Shown piece after piece: positions 25,747-39,228 of a stretch of DNA of 64,000 bases; positions within the stretch are counted from its first letter, which is position 1, and each line of letters starts with the position of its first letter. The DNA is from Felis catus (lineage: Eukaryota), in NCBI RefSeq assembly GCF_018350175.1, contig NC_058383.1, positions 7,132,001 to 7,196,000 on the forward strand, given 5' to 3'. The notes beneath the pieces are model-generated. The model did not search any database. It was not told the DNA's origin and worked only from the letters and a program-made list of their open reading frames with translations. Both the position numbers and the translations under genes were made by a program.

Positions 25747-28650
25747 CAGGTGTTAGGTGTTAGGAGACAGAAGCCTTCTTCAGCTCAAAGTCAGGACTCA
25801 CGCCTTGAGATAATGGCCTAAATTCTTCCTCCCACAATTCCTGCCTTTTATCACCGAGGAAAACCTTCCTAGGAAGACGGACCCACCCACCCCCAGCCGA
25901 CCTCCCTTTACATCTCACCGACCAAAGTCAGTTTCATGCCACAGGCTGAGCCCCTGCGATTAAGAGTTTTCTGTCAATTGTTGTCAAAATCAGAGGGCAT
26001 TTTTTAGCACAGAAGAAGGAGGAAGATTATTTGGAGGTAAGCGCCAACAGTTTCTGTTACCCTGGAAAAATATATACAATGTTAAAAAAAAAAAAACAGC
26101 TCCCATACTTCTACGAAACATTAGCACATTCCCATTCATGTCAGGAATATCACGAATGCCTATTTCCACAATTATTCAATATTTTTCTAGAACTTCTAAG
26201 TTAATTCCTTAAGATAAGAGGAAGTGAGAAGTTCAAATATTGACAGTCATGAAATGAATGACACTTATTAGCAGATGCTACGTCTTCCTACCTAGAAAAC
26301 TCAAGAAAATCAATGGCCACTTCACTAAAACAGAGTTCAAAAATGTGGGTGACAAGCAAATACAGGAGATCAATAGATTTCCTACACACCAACAACAAAT
26401 AGTGGGAAATAAAAAAGAAACCCAGCCACATTAGCTTTAAACAGAATAAAAACAAAATAGCCAGGAATGAATACATGTTTTCCTGGGGGTTGAGCAGGAT
26501 GTCCCAATTTATATAGCTTATTGTTTGCAGCAGAGTTTCCCATCTTTGACCTTGAATCTGGTATTTGCCACTCCTCTTTAGGAACTCTCCCAGCCCTTCT
26601 GTCTCCAGCTTTCAGGCATATCCCACATCCCATCCACACCTCCTCTCTACCCAGGCTGTGTAAGGGGTCTGGAGAACCAAACACGGGCCAGGCTGCAGTG
26701 GCCTGAGAACAATTTGTCTTTAGATATGGGAATAAGTTACTAATATAATACTAAATACCCCTCCAAAAATATATATAGACAAAACAGAGTACACTGAGTT
26801 AGTATGGCTTACTGGTTAAGCAAGCAGATTCTGGAATACAATTGAATGGTTTTGACTGGAATTTATAACTGCCATTTATAACTGTATGATCTCTCTGTTT
26901 GCTTGTCTGTGAAATAGCACCAGTGTGGAAAATATCCCACTTGAAGAGCGCCAAGTGGGCTAACACAGGTGACGCTCTTTAGTAGCAGGTACATAGGAAG
27001 CATTCAAACATTATTAGCTATGTTAAGTATTACTATCATGGTTGTTATTGAAAGAAAGGCATTCTTAAGCCAAGTGCTGTTCAAAACTCTATTAATGTAT
27101 TCACTCTTCAAGACAACAGAAGTGTTCCATGCACTTCCCAGGTCAGGCCCTTACAGGGAAGGGGTGAGCCGTCCTCCCCACTTTGGTCTTCCTCTTCCTG
27201 CTCCTTGGGAATGGATGTGGTACCTGGAGTTCAATCTTGGACTGTGACATTGAGAACCACACCCTGGGGATAGGAGAGCAGAAAGCTGGAAGGGATCAGG
27301 ATACCAGGTGCCAGTGGAACCACCAATCCAGCCCTGAACTGCCTAAACCCAGACCTTACAAACGTGACAAAAATAATCCTCTGTCTTGCTTAAGCCGCTC
27401 TCATTTGGAATCTCGTTCACTATAGTCAAACCTCATCCTGATACAGCCTACCACCAGGAGGTCTCTGCCATTTGGGACATTCTGGGTGTAGTATGAAATA
27501 AATGTGCAGGGGCGCCTGGGTGGCTCCGTCAGTTAAGCGGCCAACTTCGGCTCAGGTCGTGATCTCGTGGTCCGTGAGTTCGAACCCCGTGTCGGGCTCT
27601 GTGCTGACAGCTCAGAGCCGGGAGCCTGTTTCGGATTCTGTGTCTCCCTCTTTCTCTGACCGTCCCCTGTTCATGTTCTCTCTCTGTCCCAAAAATAAAT
27701 AAATGTTAAAAAATTAAAAAAAAAAAAAAAAAAGAAATGTGCAGACGTCTGAAATGACCTTTCCCTCATTGTGACAGGACCAGTTAGAAGGAGATAAGAA
27801 GCACAAAGCAAGGGGTTCCAGGCTGCCTCAGTCAGTGGAGCACACAGCTTTTGATCTCAGGGTTGTGAGTTCTAGCCTCACATAGGGTGTGGAGTGTACT
27901 AAGAACAAAATTTAAAAAATAAATAAAAAATAAAAAATAAAAAAACAAGAAAGAAAGAAAGATTAAAAAAAGAAAGAACCCCAAAGCAAAATGTTTTCCA
28001 GGTAGTTCTGTTTCTTAGGGACCACCCAGGCAGATAATTTATTCAAACTAAAGCCGCCTGGCTGGAAAATTGAATATTGATTGTTGTACACTAATAGTTG
28101 AAAGTAGGGGCACCTGGGTGGCTCAGTTAGTTGCGTCTGACTTAGACTCAGGTCATGATCTCACAGCTCGTTGAGTTCAAGCCTGGCATCGGCACGCACC
28201 TCTCTGCTGACAGCTGAGAGCCTGGAACCTGCTTCCGATTCTGTGTCTCCCTCTTTCTCTGCCCCTCTCCTGCTCACGCTCTGTCTCTCTCCCTCAAAAA
28301 TAAACATTAAAAATTTTTTCGTAAAATAATTGAAAGGAAATGTGGAACCATGAGGGTGACCCCAAAATAATTTCAATATACACACTGTTCTCATTTAACT
28401 ACACCCCTTTGACCTTGCCTTTCTCCTCCATCTGTCCACGAACCATTCCTACTGTGCTCACAGGTGCCTCCTAGGCTCACAGCACTTACTGAGGGAGCAC
28501 TCAGCTTCCCTGGACCCTTGAGCACCCAGTGTTTACATGAGGATCTTAAAACACAGTGTGTGAGTCAGTGTCAGATTTCCTTCAGCTAAGGGACAGAACT
28601 GCCGCCTTCAGGATTCAGAAAAACATTTCCTCCCTAGCTTGTAGGCTCAG

Positions 28651-28685
28651 CTGCAGTTGCACCTTATTGTCACGAGAGGGCACTA
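28651..28685 (+). promoter_or_regulatory. CTCF-type motif with upstream (U) motif
   Basis: Plus strand CTGCAGTTGCACCTTATTGTCACGAGAGGGCACTA. Confidence 0.55.
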
Positions 28686-29830
28686 TGTACCATGCTAACG
28701 GATTTGGAGAGGTTCTCCCAGCAGCTTTAGGAAGTTGTAGGGGCTGGGGTAGCCTGAGTGGCTTAGTCGGTTAAGCCTCCCCACCCTTGGCTTATGCTCA
28801 GGTCATGATCTCACAGTTCGTGAGTTCATGAGTTCGAAAGCCAGCTTGGAGTTCTTTCTCTGCCCCTTCCCCGCAAGTGTGGGTGCACTCTCTCTCTCAA
28901 AATAAAAAACTGTAGGGCTGCCAGGAAACCTAGGTGGCATTTCCTTTCAACTGTGTTTGCTGATCCCTCTTATAATTATTGTGTCATCTCACACCGCTTT
29001 CACACCTGTCCCCCAGCATTTCCACCTGAATGTCCTGAAGACCCCTCAGAATCAAGAGTTCAGATTCCAGCTTGATCCCCCCCCCCCCCCAACCCCATCC
29101 CCAAAGAAAACCAAAACAACCTCTCTTCCCTCCACCTCCTCTCCTTCCTTCGGATTTTTCTTTATCCTCCCAACCATCCAAAGCTGAATTATACTCTCAC
29201 TCTGGTCCTTTTCTCCACCCAGATTGCTCCTGTCTAAATGTGTCTGCATCCAGTAGTGCACAGTCCTCCCAGGTCACCTGTCTTTCCAGTCATCCCTGAT
29301 GCTCTGACAACACAGGTGAGATTATGCCATTTCCTTCTTTAAAGGTCAAGAAAAGTGAGATCAACCCAAGTGTTCATCCAAGCGTGAATAGATAAACAAA
29401 GTGTGGTCTATGCACACAATGCAATATTATTCAACCTTAAAAAGTAGGAAATTCTTTTTCTTTTTCTTTTTTTTTTTTTTTTGTAGGTAGGCTCTATGCC
29501 CAATGTGGGGCTTGAACTCACAACCTTGAAATCAAGGGTCACATGCTTTACTGACTAAGCCAGCCAGGCACCCCAGAAAGGAATGCTACAACACATGCTA
29601 CAACACAGATGAAGCTTGAGGTTATTATGCTAAGGGACAGGAGGGCTTGGATTCATCCAGAACTGACTGTTGGATCCAGATACTTGTATCAATAGGCCTG
29701 GCTTTTGAGACAAAATCCCAACACGTGGCAAATGGTATGACAGAGGGATCTACTTCTAACATATGAAGTAAACCTTTAAATCAGCTATTTCTTCAGTCTC
29801 TAATTTCCTTTTTTTTTTTTTTAAGTTTAT

Positions 29831-29881
<51 letters not shown>

Positions 29882-31399
29882 TGGGGGAGGGGCAGAGAGC
29901 AAGGGAGAGAGAATCCCAAGCAGGCCCCAAGCTGTCAGCAGAGAGCCTGACACGGGGCTCAAACCCACAAACCATGAGATCTCTTGAAACCAAGAGTCAG
30001 ATGCTTAACTTACTGAGCCACCCAGGCACCCCTCCAGAGCAGCCTTTCTAATATTTCTTTTGGCTTGAGTTAAACTGGAAGCATTTCCACCTTTGCTAGG
30101 ATTTCTGACCAACGTAAATTGTCAGATGTATAAGAAATCCTAATAAATGCCTTGGAGTTTGGCCACACTTACTACTTTCCAGAGGGTCCTGATTTGAGTG
30201 CCTCTTGTGAGACTAAACAAGATTTGGGCATTGCCTAAAATTTTTCCCAAATTAATTCCTGTCTTAGGGTTTTCCTCTAATGTGATTTTCTTTTTTTCTA
30301 ATGTGATTATTTTTTATAGGCTCCACACCCAACATAGGGCTTGAACTCATGACTCTGAGATCAAGTGTCCCAGGCTCTACCAACTGAGCCTGACAGGCAT
30401 CCCTTTTGTGTGATTTTTTTTAATAGAATAGATTCCCCTCTTTCATTGAGGTATAATTAACATATAATACAATGTAAGTTTAAGGTGTACAGTGTGACCA
30501 TTTGATACAATTACATATTGTAAAAGATTACCATAGTAGGATCAGTGTCAAACTTTCCCTTTCTTTTTAAGGTTGAATAATATTCCATAGTATGTATGTA
30601 CTGTGTTTTGTTCATCCATTCATCAACAGACACTTGGCTTGCTTCTACTTTGGGGCTATCCTGAACAATGTCGCTATGAACAAACCCATACAATATCTCT
30701 TCAGGTCCCTGCTTTAAATTCTCTGGGGTCTATACCCAGGAGTGAAATTGCTTGGATAACATGGTAATTTTCCTTTAAATTTTTTGAGGAGCTGCCATAC
30801 TGTTTTCCACAGTGGCTGCACAGATTTTACATCCCCACCAGCCATGCTGGTGGACAAAGGTTCCAATTTCTCCACATCCTTTCCACCACTTGTTGTTTGT
30901 TTTGTTTTTTGTTTTGTTAGTAGCCATTTTAATGGGTATGAGACGGTCTTCTCTGAACTCTTGCACACTCCACTTGATCGGTTTTTGACACTGTTTGAGG
31001 TTTCCTGCCATTTTGAACTGGTAGGTTTTAATTTTCAGTGTTCATTTCAGATGAGGGGGAGCCCCGGGCAATGGCAAGTGCGCAGGCCACGGTGGCACAA
31101 GTCCTGGGTTCTGCCTTAAATCTGTCACCGGGAGACCCTGAGCAGGAGAGAACCTTCTCTAGGCCTCATTTCCTCCCCATCCTCCTCCCCCTTCCCCTCC
31201 CCCTTCCCCTCCCCCTCCCCCTCCTCCTGGGGCAGCCACCATGATAAAGAATACACTGTGCTCCGACCCCTCAGCTGAAACTCAGGCCTGGATACATTTT
31301 AAGGCGACATTCTCTCTCATGAGTTGCTGGATTCGGTCTCCAGGTTTTGGTTTTTGTTGTCGTTGTTTTGTTTTTCTTTTAACTCATTTTGCTGCCCCC

Positions 31400-32150
31400 G
31401 GAGTTGGGTACACGCCCTGGGAGTCCGGGTCTAGGGTATGGCGCTACCGGTACGCGTCCCGCTGGCCTAGAGAACCACCGAGAACTGGGGCCTCCTGAGT
31501 CCTAGAGAGGTCGCCTCCACAGGCCAGCTCGGGCGCACTTCCGGCCTTTGTGTGGCTGCGGGAGACGGGAGACTGCGGCCCGGGCCGGCCGGAGCGTCAG
31601 TGCGCTCTTTACGTGACTCGGTGTTCCCCACCCCCACCCCAGGGCAGAGGCAGGGGTCACCCAGACCGCAGCGCGGCCTGTGGGGTCCGGAGAAGGCCCG
31701 GCAGTCCCCTGCGGGCACCGCGTCTCCACCTGTGCGCGCATTCGGGTCTCGCCTTCCCTTTTGTGCCCCGGGCAGGCGAGGCACTTCACAAAGACTTGCG
31801 CAGGGGGGCGGGGCCGGAGCGGTGTCCACGGTTACCCACGCACACACACCCGTTCCGCCTGGCTGCAGAATTCAGGCCGATCCCGCTGCCTCCCAAATCC
31901 GTGCTGCTCCACAGGGAAAGTCCTTTTGAAAATGAAGTGGTTGTTGAACTGCGAAATGCGCCCTGGATCCGTCAGCTTTGCGTTTTCTTCTTCAGCGCAC
32001 ACAGTAACCCGAGCGCTGGGCTAGCAGTAGGGGGAGGGAGGATTCAGGCCAGATTCTCGCCTGCCCCACACGGGGACACTCGAGCAAGGGAGCTGACGGG
32101 TGTGCTCCTGACACAACTTGAGATACCCGAAGCACAGGTGAAGACCCCTC
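31400..32150. promoter_or_regulatory. CpG island with promoter-type motifs, no evident associated coding gene
   Basis: CpG-dense; ETS CACTTCCGG (~31536), NRF1-like TGCGCGCA (~31733), GC box GGGGCGGGG (~31805). Confidence 0.75.
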
Positions 32151-33212
32151 CCACCCCCCACCCCTCCCCACCAGGCCCCGACACTTGGCAGGGATCCGAA
32201 CAGGGAAGACTTTGCAAGGGGGCTGCTACTGCAAGGAGGGGTAGGAGCTGGGTCTGGGGAAATGCCTACCAGCCTGGAACGTTCCAGATAGAGCTGGAGC
32301 AAAAGCACAAAGGTGAAAAGGTGGGGAGAGCTGCCGGGAGCGTGGTAAATATTTCAACACCATCCTGATAAATGTTTATTCTGTGCCGGGGTTGTGGAGA
32401 TTAAAGAATTGTGTGTGACCACAGATCCCTGCCCTGGAGATTGTTTAACCCCTTCTGCAAGAAATAGCCAAGCCCCTTTAAAAAAAAAAAAAGGAAAAAA
32501 AGGTACAAAAAACCCTGGGTTGTTTTCTAGAGATAATATAGCAAAATGATATCTGAATGCCACTTACCAGCTGTGTGACCTTGGGCAATTTTCTTAACCT
32601 TTCTGACCCTCAGATTCTTTGTTTCTAAAGGAGGGATAATAGATTTTAAAAGGGACAAGTGAATGAGGTAAAAGCACCCACCTCAATGTGTGTGGCAGGT
32701 ACCACTGAGTTAGTCCTCTGAGGATGGGGTGGAATAGGTTATAGGATAGGTTAGGATATGCAGGTATAGGATAGCGAAGTGTAGGATAGTATAGTCCCCC
32801 TGTATCTTTCTGCGCTTGATTTGAAGTGGTGTCACTCGTTACTTTTTTTTTCTTTTGTATCGGCTCAGACATCTGGCACTTTTCTTGGTGTCTTCACTTG
32901 TCCTCAGTTTCCTCAGTTTAGATTTGTTTCTATTCTGCTTTTTAAGATTTTTGTTTGTTCCTGGGGCACCTGACTGGCTCAGTTGGTGGAACATGCGACT
33001 CTTAATCGTGGGGTTGTAAGTTCAGCCCCACGTTTGGTGTAGAGATTACTTAAAAATAAAATCTTTACAAAATAAAATAAAACAAAATAATAGGGGGCCC
33101 CTGGCTGGCTCAGTTGGTGGAGCGTGTGACTCGTGCTATCAGGGTCATGAGTTCAAGCCCCACATTGGGCAAAGAGATTACTTTAAAAAAAAATCTATAA
33201 ATAAGTAAATAA

Positions 33213-34380
33213 AAGGATAGACATACAAATGACCAACAGGTACGTGAAACGATGTTCAACAGCACTAATCATCAGGAAATGCAAATCAAAACGACAATGG
33301 GATGTCACCTCCCACCTGTTAGAATGGCTGTCCTCAGAAACGTAAGCAATAACAGATGCTGGTGAGGATGCGGAGAAAAGGGAGCCCTTGTGCAATGTTA
33401 GTGGGAGTGTAAATCAGTGCAGCCACTGTGAAGGACAGAGAAGTATGACAGTTTTCTCAAAAGACTTAAAATAGCTACCTACTTTTACTATATGATTCAG
33501 CAATTCCACTTCTAGATATTTATCTGAAGGCGATGAAATCACGATCTCAAAAAGATACCTACACCCATATGTCCATCACAACATTATTTACAATAGCCAA
33601 GATGTGGAAACAACCCAGTGTCCATCTGTAGATGAATGGATGAAGAAAATGTGAGATATATAGATAATATATTTAAAATGGAATATCAATCAGCCATTAA
33701 AAAAAAAGGAAATCCTGCCATTGGCAATAACATAGATGGACCTAGATAGAGGCATTATGCTAAATAAATCATACACAGAAAGGCAAATACCATATGATCT
33801 CACTTATATGTAAAACCCCCAAAAATCTCATAGAAACAGAGAACAGATTGGTGGTTGCCAGAGGCTTGGGATTGGGGGAGATGGTCAAAGGTACAAACTT
33901 TCAGGTATAAGGTTAATTTCTGGGAATGTGATGTATATGTATAGTATGGTGCCTATAGTATTGTATATTTGAAAGTTGCTGACAGAGTCAATCTTAAAAG
34001 TTCTTATCACAGTAAAAAAAAACTTGGGGGGCACCTGGGTGGCTCAGTCGGTTAAGCGTCTGACTCTTGCTTTTGGCTCAGGTCGTGATCTCACTATTCA
34101 TGGGTTCAGATCTCTGTGCTAACAGTGCAAAGACTGCTTGGGGTTCCCTCTCCCTCTTTCTCTGTCCCTCCCTGGCTTATTCTCTCTCTTGCATTCGCTC
34201 TTGCTCTCTCGCTTTCAAAATAAATTTAAAAATGTTTTTAAAGAAAAGAAAAAAAACTTGTTACTATGTATGGTGATGGATGTTAACTTATTGTGGTGAC
34301 TATTTTGCAATATGTACTATATCAAATCATTATGTTGTACACCTTAAACTAATACAATATGTCAATTATATACCAGTAAA
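33213..34380 (+). mobile_element. LINE-1 3' end with nested SINE
   Basis: CACTAATCATCAGGAAATGCAAATCAAAAC..CAGCAATTCCACTTCT..TGAAAGTTGCT..GTTCTTATCAC..TCAAATCATTATGTTGTACACC. Confidence 0.9.
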
Positions 34381-35556
34381 CCTGGGAAGACCATTTAAAG
34401 TAAAAGGAGCAGGTAGGGGATTCCTGGATGGCTGAATCGATAGGCCATGTGACTCTTGATCTTGGGGTCGTGAGTTCAAGCCCACGATGGGCACGGAGCC
34501 TACTTAAAAAAAAAAAAATTCTTTAAGTGTGAAATAAAAGGAGCAGATAGCTGAGATGAAAGAGGGAGGCCTTTGAATTAGGGAAATATGGGCAAAGCAC
34601 AAAGATTCAAGCCCACCGCGCAATAGCCTTTCCAAAATAAAGCCTGTAACCACCTGAGCTACCAGAAAGAAAGAAGGGTGTTTGCTGTACTCCAATGCTT
34701 CACAGCGCGCTGAATTCAGCTTTGTTAGTGTGCTTTGCTTTGGGGGGCTGTTGCCTAGCAGCGCAAAACATTAACGTGCTGAGACAACTTGTATACAAAA
34801 CAACGTGACTTCACATTCCACTAATACCGTTCCCCCCCCTCCCCCCCCTCCCCGTCTACCAAGTGTCTATGCACCGATCACACCCCAGGAATGTATTCTA
34901 GCTGAAGCAGACTATCTGGTCACCACTTTCTTCTGGACCTTTTCTAACCTCTCAAGCTACATTGTTTCTTAACTTCTCAGGAGCGGGTATGATGGATAAT
35001 AATTTCCACTTCTAAAGCAGAGGTGCACGGTTGTCAGAAACTGGGGAAACGTGGGGGAAAGCGAGGTGAGTGGAGGAGATTGAAGTGTATACACTACGGG
35101 GTAATCCTTAAGTTACTAGGACCTACTTGACAAGTGTTGTATAAGGACAGTAGCCAGATGCACCTGCCGCCTCCTTTCCCATCTGACCCCCAACCCCCCT
35201 TCACACACCCCTACCCCTTCCCATCCACAACCCCTGAAAGCTTTGACCAGGAAGCAGGAGTTGGGCCGGACATGTCTGAGCTGGCACGTCTTCCTCACCA
35301 GCCAAGGGAAACCATGCACTGAGCACCACCCTTTTCTACCCGTCACTGTCCACCATTCAGGGGTGCCACGTCAGGCAGTTCCCTCTCTGTGTCCCTGCAA
35401 TAGGGACATTTTTCATCACCTGGCTTTACCTTAGGAAAGTTACTGTCCTTTTCCATCTCACCCTTTTCATTCCACTTATGAGCCTAAGAACAACACTAAT
35501 CATGGCTGATTTGAGTAACAGTTAATCAGAGATACAAGCATATTAAGAAAAGAAGA

Positions 35557-36200
35557 GGGGCGCCTGGGTGGCTCAGTCGGTTAAGCGTCCGACTTCGGCT
35601 CAGGTCACGATCTCGCGGTCCGTGAGTTCTAGCCCCGCGTCAGGCTCTGTGTTGACAGCTCGGAGCCTGGAGCCTGTTTCAGACTCTGTGTCTCCCTCTC
35701 TCTCTGACCCTTCCCCGTTCATGCTCTGTCTCTCTCTGTCTCAAAAATAAATAAACGTTGGGGCGCCTGGGTGGCGCAGTCGGTTAAGCGTCCGACTTCA
35801 GCCAGGTCACGATCTTGCGGTCTGTGAGTTCGAGCCCCACGTCAGGCTCTGTGCTGACAGCTCAGAGCCTGGAGCCTGCTTCGGATTCTGTGTCTCCCTC
35901 TCTCTCTCTGCCATTCCCCCACTCACGCTCTGTCTCTCAAAATTAAATAAACATTAAAAATTTAAAAAAGAAGAAGAGACAAGGCACACCTGGGTGGCTC
36001 AGCGGTTAAGTGTCCGACTTCAGCTCAGGTCATGATCTTGGAGTCCATGAGTTCAAGCCCCACGTCAGGCTGTGTGCTGACAGCTCGGAGCCTGGAGCCT
36101 GCTTCGGGTTCTGTGTCTCCCTCTCTCTCTGCCCCTCCCCCACTCATGCTCTGTGTGTGTCTCTCTCTCTCAAAAATAAACACTAAAAAATTAAAAAAAG
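35557..36200 (+). mobile_element. Three head-to-tail CAN-SINEs
   Basis: Heads at 35557, 35760 and ~35983; the second starts directly in the tail of the first. Confidence 0.9.
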
Positions 36201-36209
36201 AAAAAGACC

Positions 36210-36508
36210 ATATAACTCCCAAGTGATATGACACAGGTGCTCACTCAGAACCTCTCCAGGTGTCTCGTTCGACTCCTCCAATACTAGACCCAAAATGAAT
36301 ACTGTTTCTAACCCAGCTGTATTGTTTTCCCTTTGTACTTAGATCCCAGAACTGCAATAACATCTTCTGCTAGTTTCCACCGCAGGTATATGGCATTTTG
36401 GCTACATTCTGTTTTGGCTAAGCTTTTGTGAGAACATAACTGATGCTTACAGCACTGTTTCATTGGAAAAATAAGCTCCAAATTCCCAAGAGCCAATCTA
36501 TAAATGGA
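36210..36508 (-). pseudogene. Decayed gene, candidate exon L (possibly terminal)
   Basis: CAATAG| phase 1 VHL*IGSWEFGAYFSNETVL*ASVMFSQKLS..; 3' end uncertain. Confidence 0.4.
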
Positions 36509-37127
36509 CTATTGGAATGTATTTGTGTTGTTTATTAGAGATAACCATTTATATGTTAGTATTTCACTCTTGTAATACTTTACAGTTGTAAATCATTTTT
36601 CTGCTTCCAACCCTCATTTCTTGGCTTCTTGCTAATGTTTTGAGAAATAATACTTCTTTTTTTTAATGTTTATTTATTTATTTTGAGAGAGAGAGAGAGA
36701 GCACGCACAAACAGGAGAGAGGCAGAGAGAAGGAGAGACAGAATCCCAAGCAGGCTCCAGGCCATAAGCACAGAGCCCAACACGGGGCTGGAACTCACAA
36801 ACTGTGAGACCAAGACCTGAGCTGAGATCAAGAGTCAGACTCTTAGCCAACCCAGCCACCCAGGTGCCCCCGAGAAATAACACTTCTAATCACTCTGCCT
36901 GGAAATCTTTCTAAAATGTATGACACTTGGGGCGCCTGGGTGGCTCAGTTGGTTGAGCATCTGACTCGTTATCTCTGCTGAGGTAATGATCTCACAGTTC
37001 ATAGGCTCAAGCCCCACCCCAGGCTCTGCACTAACAGCTCAGAGCCTGCTTGGGATTGTCTCTCTCTCTCTCTCTAAAAATAAATACATTAAAAAATGTT
37101 TAAAAAAATAAAATGTATGACACTTTC

Positions 37128-37484
37128 CTATGGGGACATGATTTAACTCATTTTTCCTGACTTGGTCAACATAATGAACATCCTTTACACAATGAACTGA
37201 TCCTACCGAAGAAACCTCTCTTAGGTTTTCTGTACATTTCTTTTTCAAAGAAAAAGTAAACAGAAGCCTCATATACACCGATAATTTGCTCAATTAATGA
37301 CATGAATCTTGCTTTCATGTCAGTTATTATAACAGTCTCTGAGGTTTTTAACATGATTTCTAAGTGACTCAAGTCTGAATTTGTTTAAAATTCCATCCTT
37401 GGCACAACCCATTCCATAGGCCATTTTAAAAACACGGTTTGACACAAATATTTACTTTGTAATGTTTAAAGAGGAACTCTAAGC
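37128..37484 (-). pseudogene. Decayed gene, candidate exon K
   Basis: T-rich acceptor TTTTTATTTTTAAAGAG|; GLEFLFKHYKVN.., LSHLEIMLKTSETVIITDMKARFMSLIEQIIGVY.., VHCVKDVHYVDQVRKNELNHVPI across frameshifts; donor G|GAAAGT (one change from GTAAGT). Confidence 0.5.
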
Positions 37485-37719
37485 CTCTTTAAAAATAAAA
37501 ACAAACAAAATCTGTCCTTTGCTCGGACTAAGTCCTTATTTCTCAAACCTTATTGCAGACTACTACCCTGACATTTCTTACCCCGTTTATGTAGTGATTT
37601 ACAAGACTGAAATGATTCATACACACTCGTTTTCCAATTTCTTTTTGGGCGATGGTTATACAAACATTATTTCATGGATCCACTCTGTCTCCTGTCATCA
37701 CTTATCCCTCTGGTCCCAC

Positions 37720-37931
37720 CTGGAACATTAAAATGCCCTTTTTCTGGGACCAGGTCCATAATCACAGTCTGTTTTCAACCACATGGTTTGCTGCTGTAAA
37801 GGTGGAACTGGAGGTAAAGCCACTGGCAGATGATTGCTCTTTCAAGGAAGTTCACTTCCTAAGGGCTCTTTCTGGGTTAGAGCATTGCGCAATAATGCTC
37901 TGCCCCAAAGGAGCCACCCCATAATACTAGC
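37720..37931 (-). pseudogene. Decayed gene, candidate exon J
   Basis: CAACAG| LVLWGGSFGAEHYCAML*PRKSP*EVNFLERAIICQWLYLQFHLYSSKPCG*KQTVIMDLVPEKGHFNVP G|GTGGGA. Confidence 0.5.
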
Positions 37932-38964
37932 CTGTTGCAGAGCTTTGGTTTGTCTGTTTTTATTATTTAAAACAAAATTTTTTTTAACGTTTATTTATTT
38001 TTGAGACAGAAAGAGACAGAGCATGAACGGGGGAGGGTCAGAGAGAGGGAGACACAGAATCTGAAACAGGCTCCAGGCTCCAAGCTGGCAGCACAGAGCC
38101 CAACGCGGGGCTTGAACTCACGGACCGCGAGATCATGACCTGAGCTGAAGTCGGCCGCCCAACCGACTGAGCCACCCAGGCGCCCCAATTATTTTTTTAA
38201 TGTTTATTTATTTTTGAGAGGTAGAGAACATGAGCAGGGAAGGTGCAGAGAGAGAGGGACAGAGGATCCACAGAGCGCAGAGAGTAACAAGGGGCTCGAA
38301 CTCATGAACCATGAGATCATGACCTGAGCCAAAGTCAGATGCTTAACCAACTGAGCCACCCAGGCACCCCTGTCTGTCCTTAAGTAGGACATAATACTTG
38401 AAGGATCAATGAGCCAAGACAGAGGAAAGCCCTGGGAAACTATGGAACAGTAACACGTATAACAGCCACAAAGTGTCAAGCACCTGCTGGCAACAGGAAT
38501 GCTACTAGATATTTTGTATCCACGATGCCATCAATTTTTAAACTCATATCAGCTCCCCAAGCTTGGAATTACCATGCCTGAAACCTTAAGGAGGAAACAG
38601 AGGTAGAGACAGTTGCCAACGTTCCGCAGCTACAGAATGGCAGAGTCCAGTCCACTCAGGTTCAAAGCTCAGGCTCTTTTCACTAAAATCCTTCTCCAGA
38701 TAGAGACTCTGCTCTCCCTCTCTGGGATGAAGACAACAGCTGTGTTTCAAGTTCTTAACCGCCAATGGATGGGACTACAGGACTAATTGGGCTTCAGCAT
38801 GGCTGGCTAGAAGCACCCCAGCTCTCCCAGGCCTGCGCTTTGCATTTTATAACAGGCCCCAGGCTGACTGGAAAGCCCAGGAGCTCTGTGCATTTGGGGG
38901 AGTTTCACTACATAGTGTAAAAAAGGGAAAATAGAGTGTTTAAGACAAAGTAGTGTGATCTTGC

Positions 38965-39228
38965 ATTCAGGGATAGCCAGAGATGACAGAATATTCTTTA
39001 CAGGAAGTTCTGTCTTCTTCCTATTACCAAAGAGGTGCACGGATGACAAATGACATGGGAAACCATCAGGACTTGATTGCTTTTCCAAAACAGCCTCTTC
39101 AATCACCGCCTCTTCAAATGAACTAAACTGGCCTATCGTCGGGACCAAGACTCGCTCAAGGAGACCAACTATTTGCCAGCTCAACTTGTAACATGTGGAA
39201 GTTTCAGGAAAGTTCCAGATGGAGGAGT
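38965..39228 (-). pseudogene. Decayed gene, candidate exon I (5' end abuts an LTR)
   Basis: Open frame NSSIWNFPETSTCYKLSWQIVGLLERVLVPTIGQFSSFEEAVIEEAVLEK..KTELPVKNILSSLAIPE; donor-like GCAAGA. Confidence 0.5.

Noticed and set aside
31550..32368. 272-aa ORF and overlapping ORFs on both strands
   Set aside because: They lie in a GC-rich CpG island where stops are rare, start at a non-ATG codon, and give Pro/Arg/Gly-rich translations with no recognisable domain.
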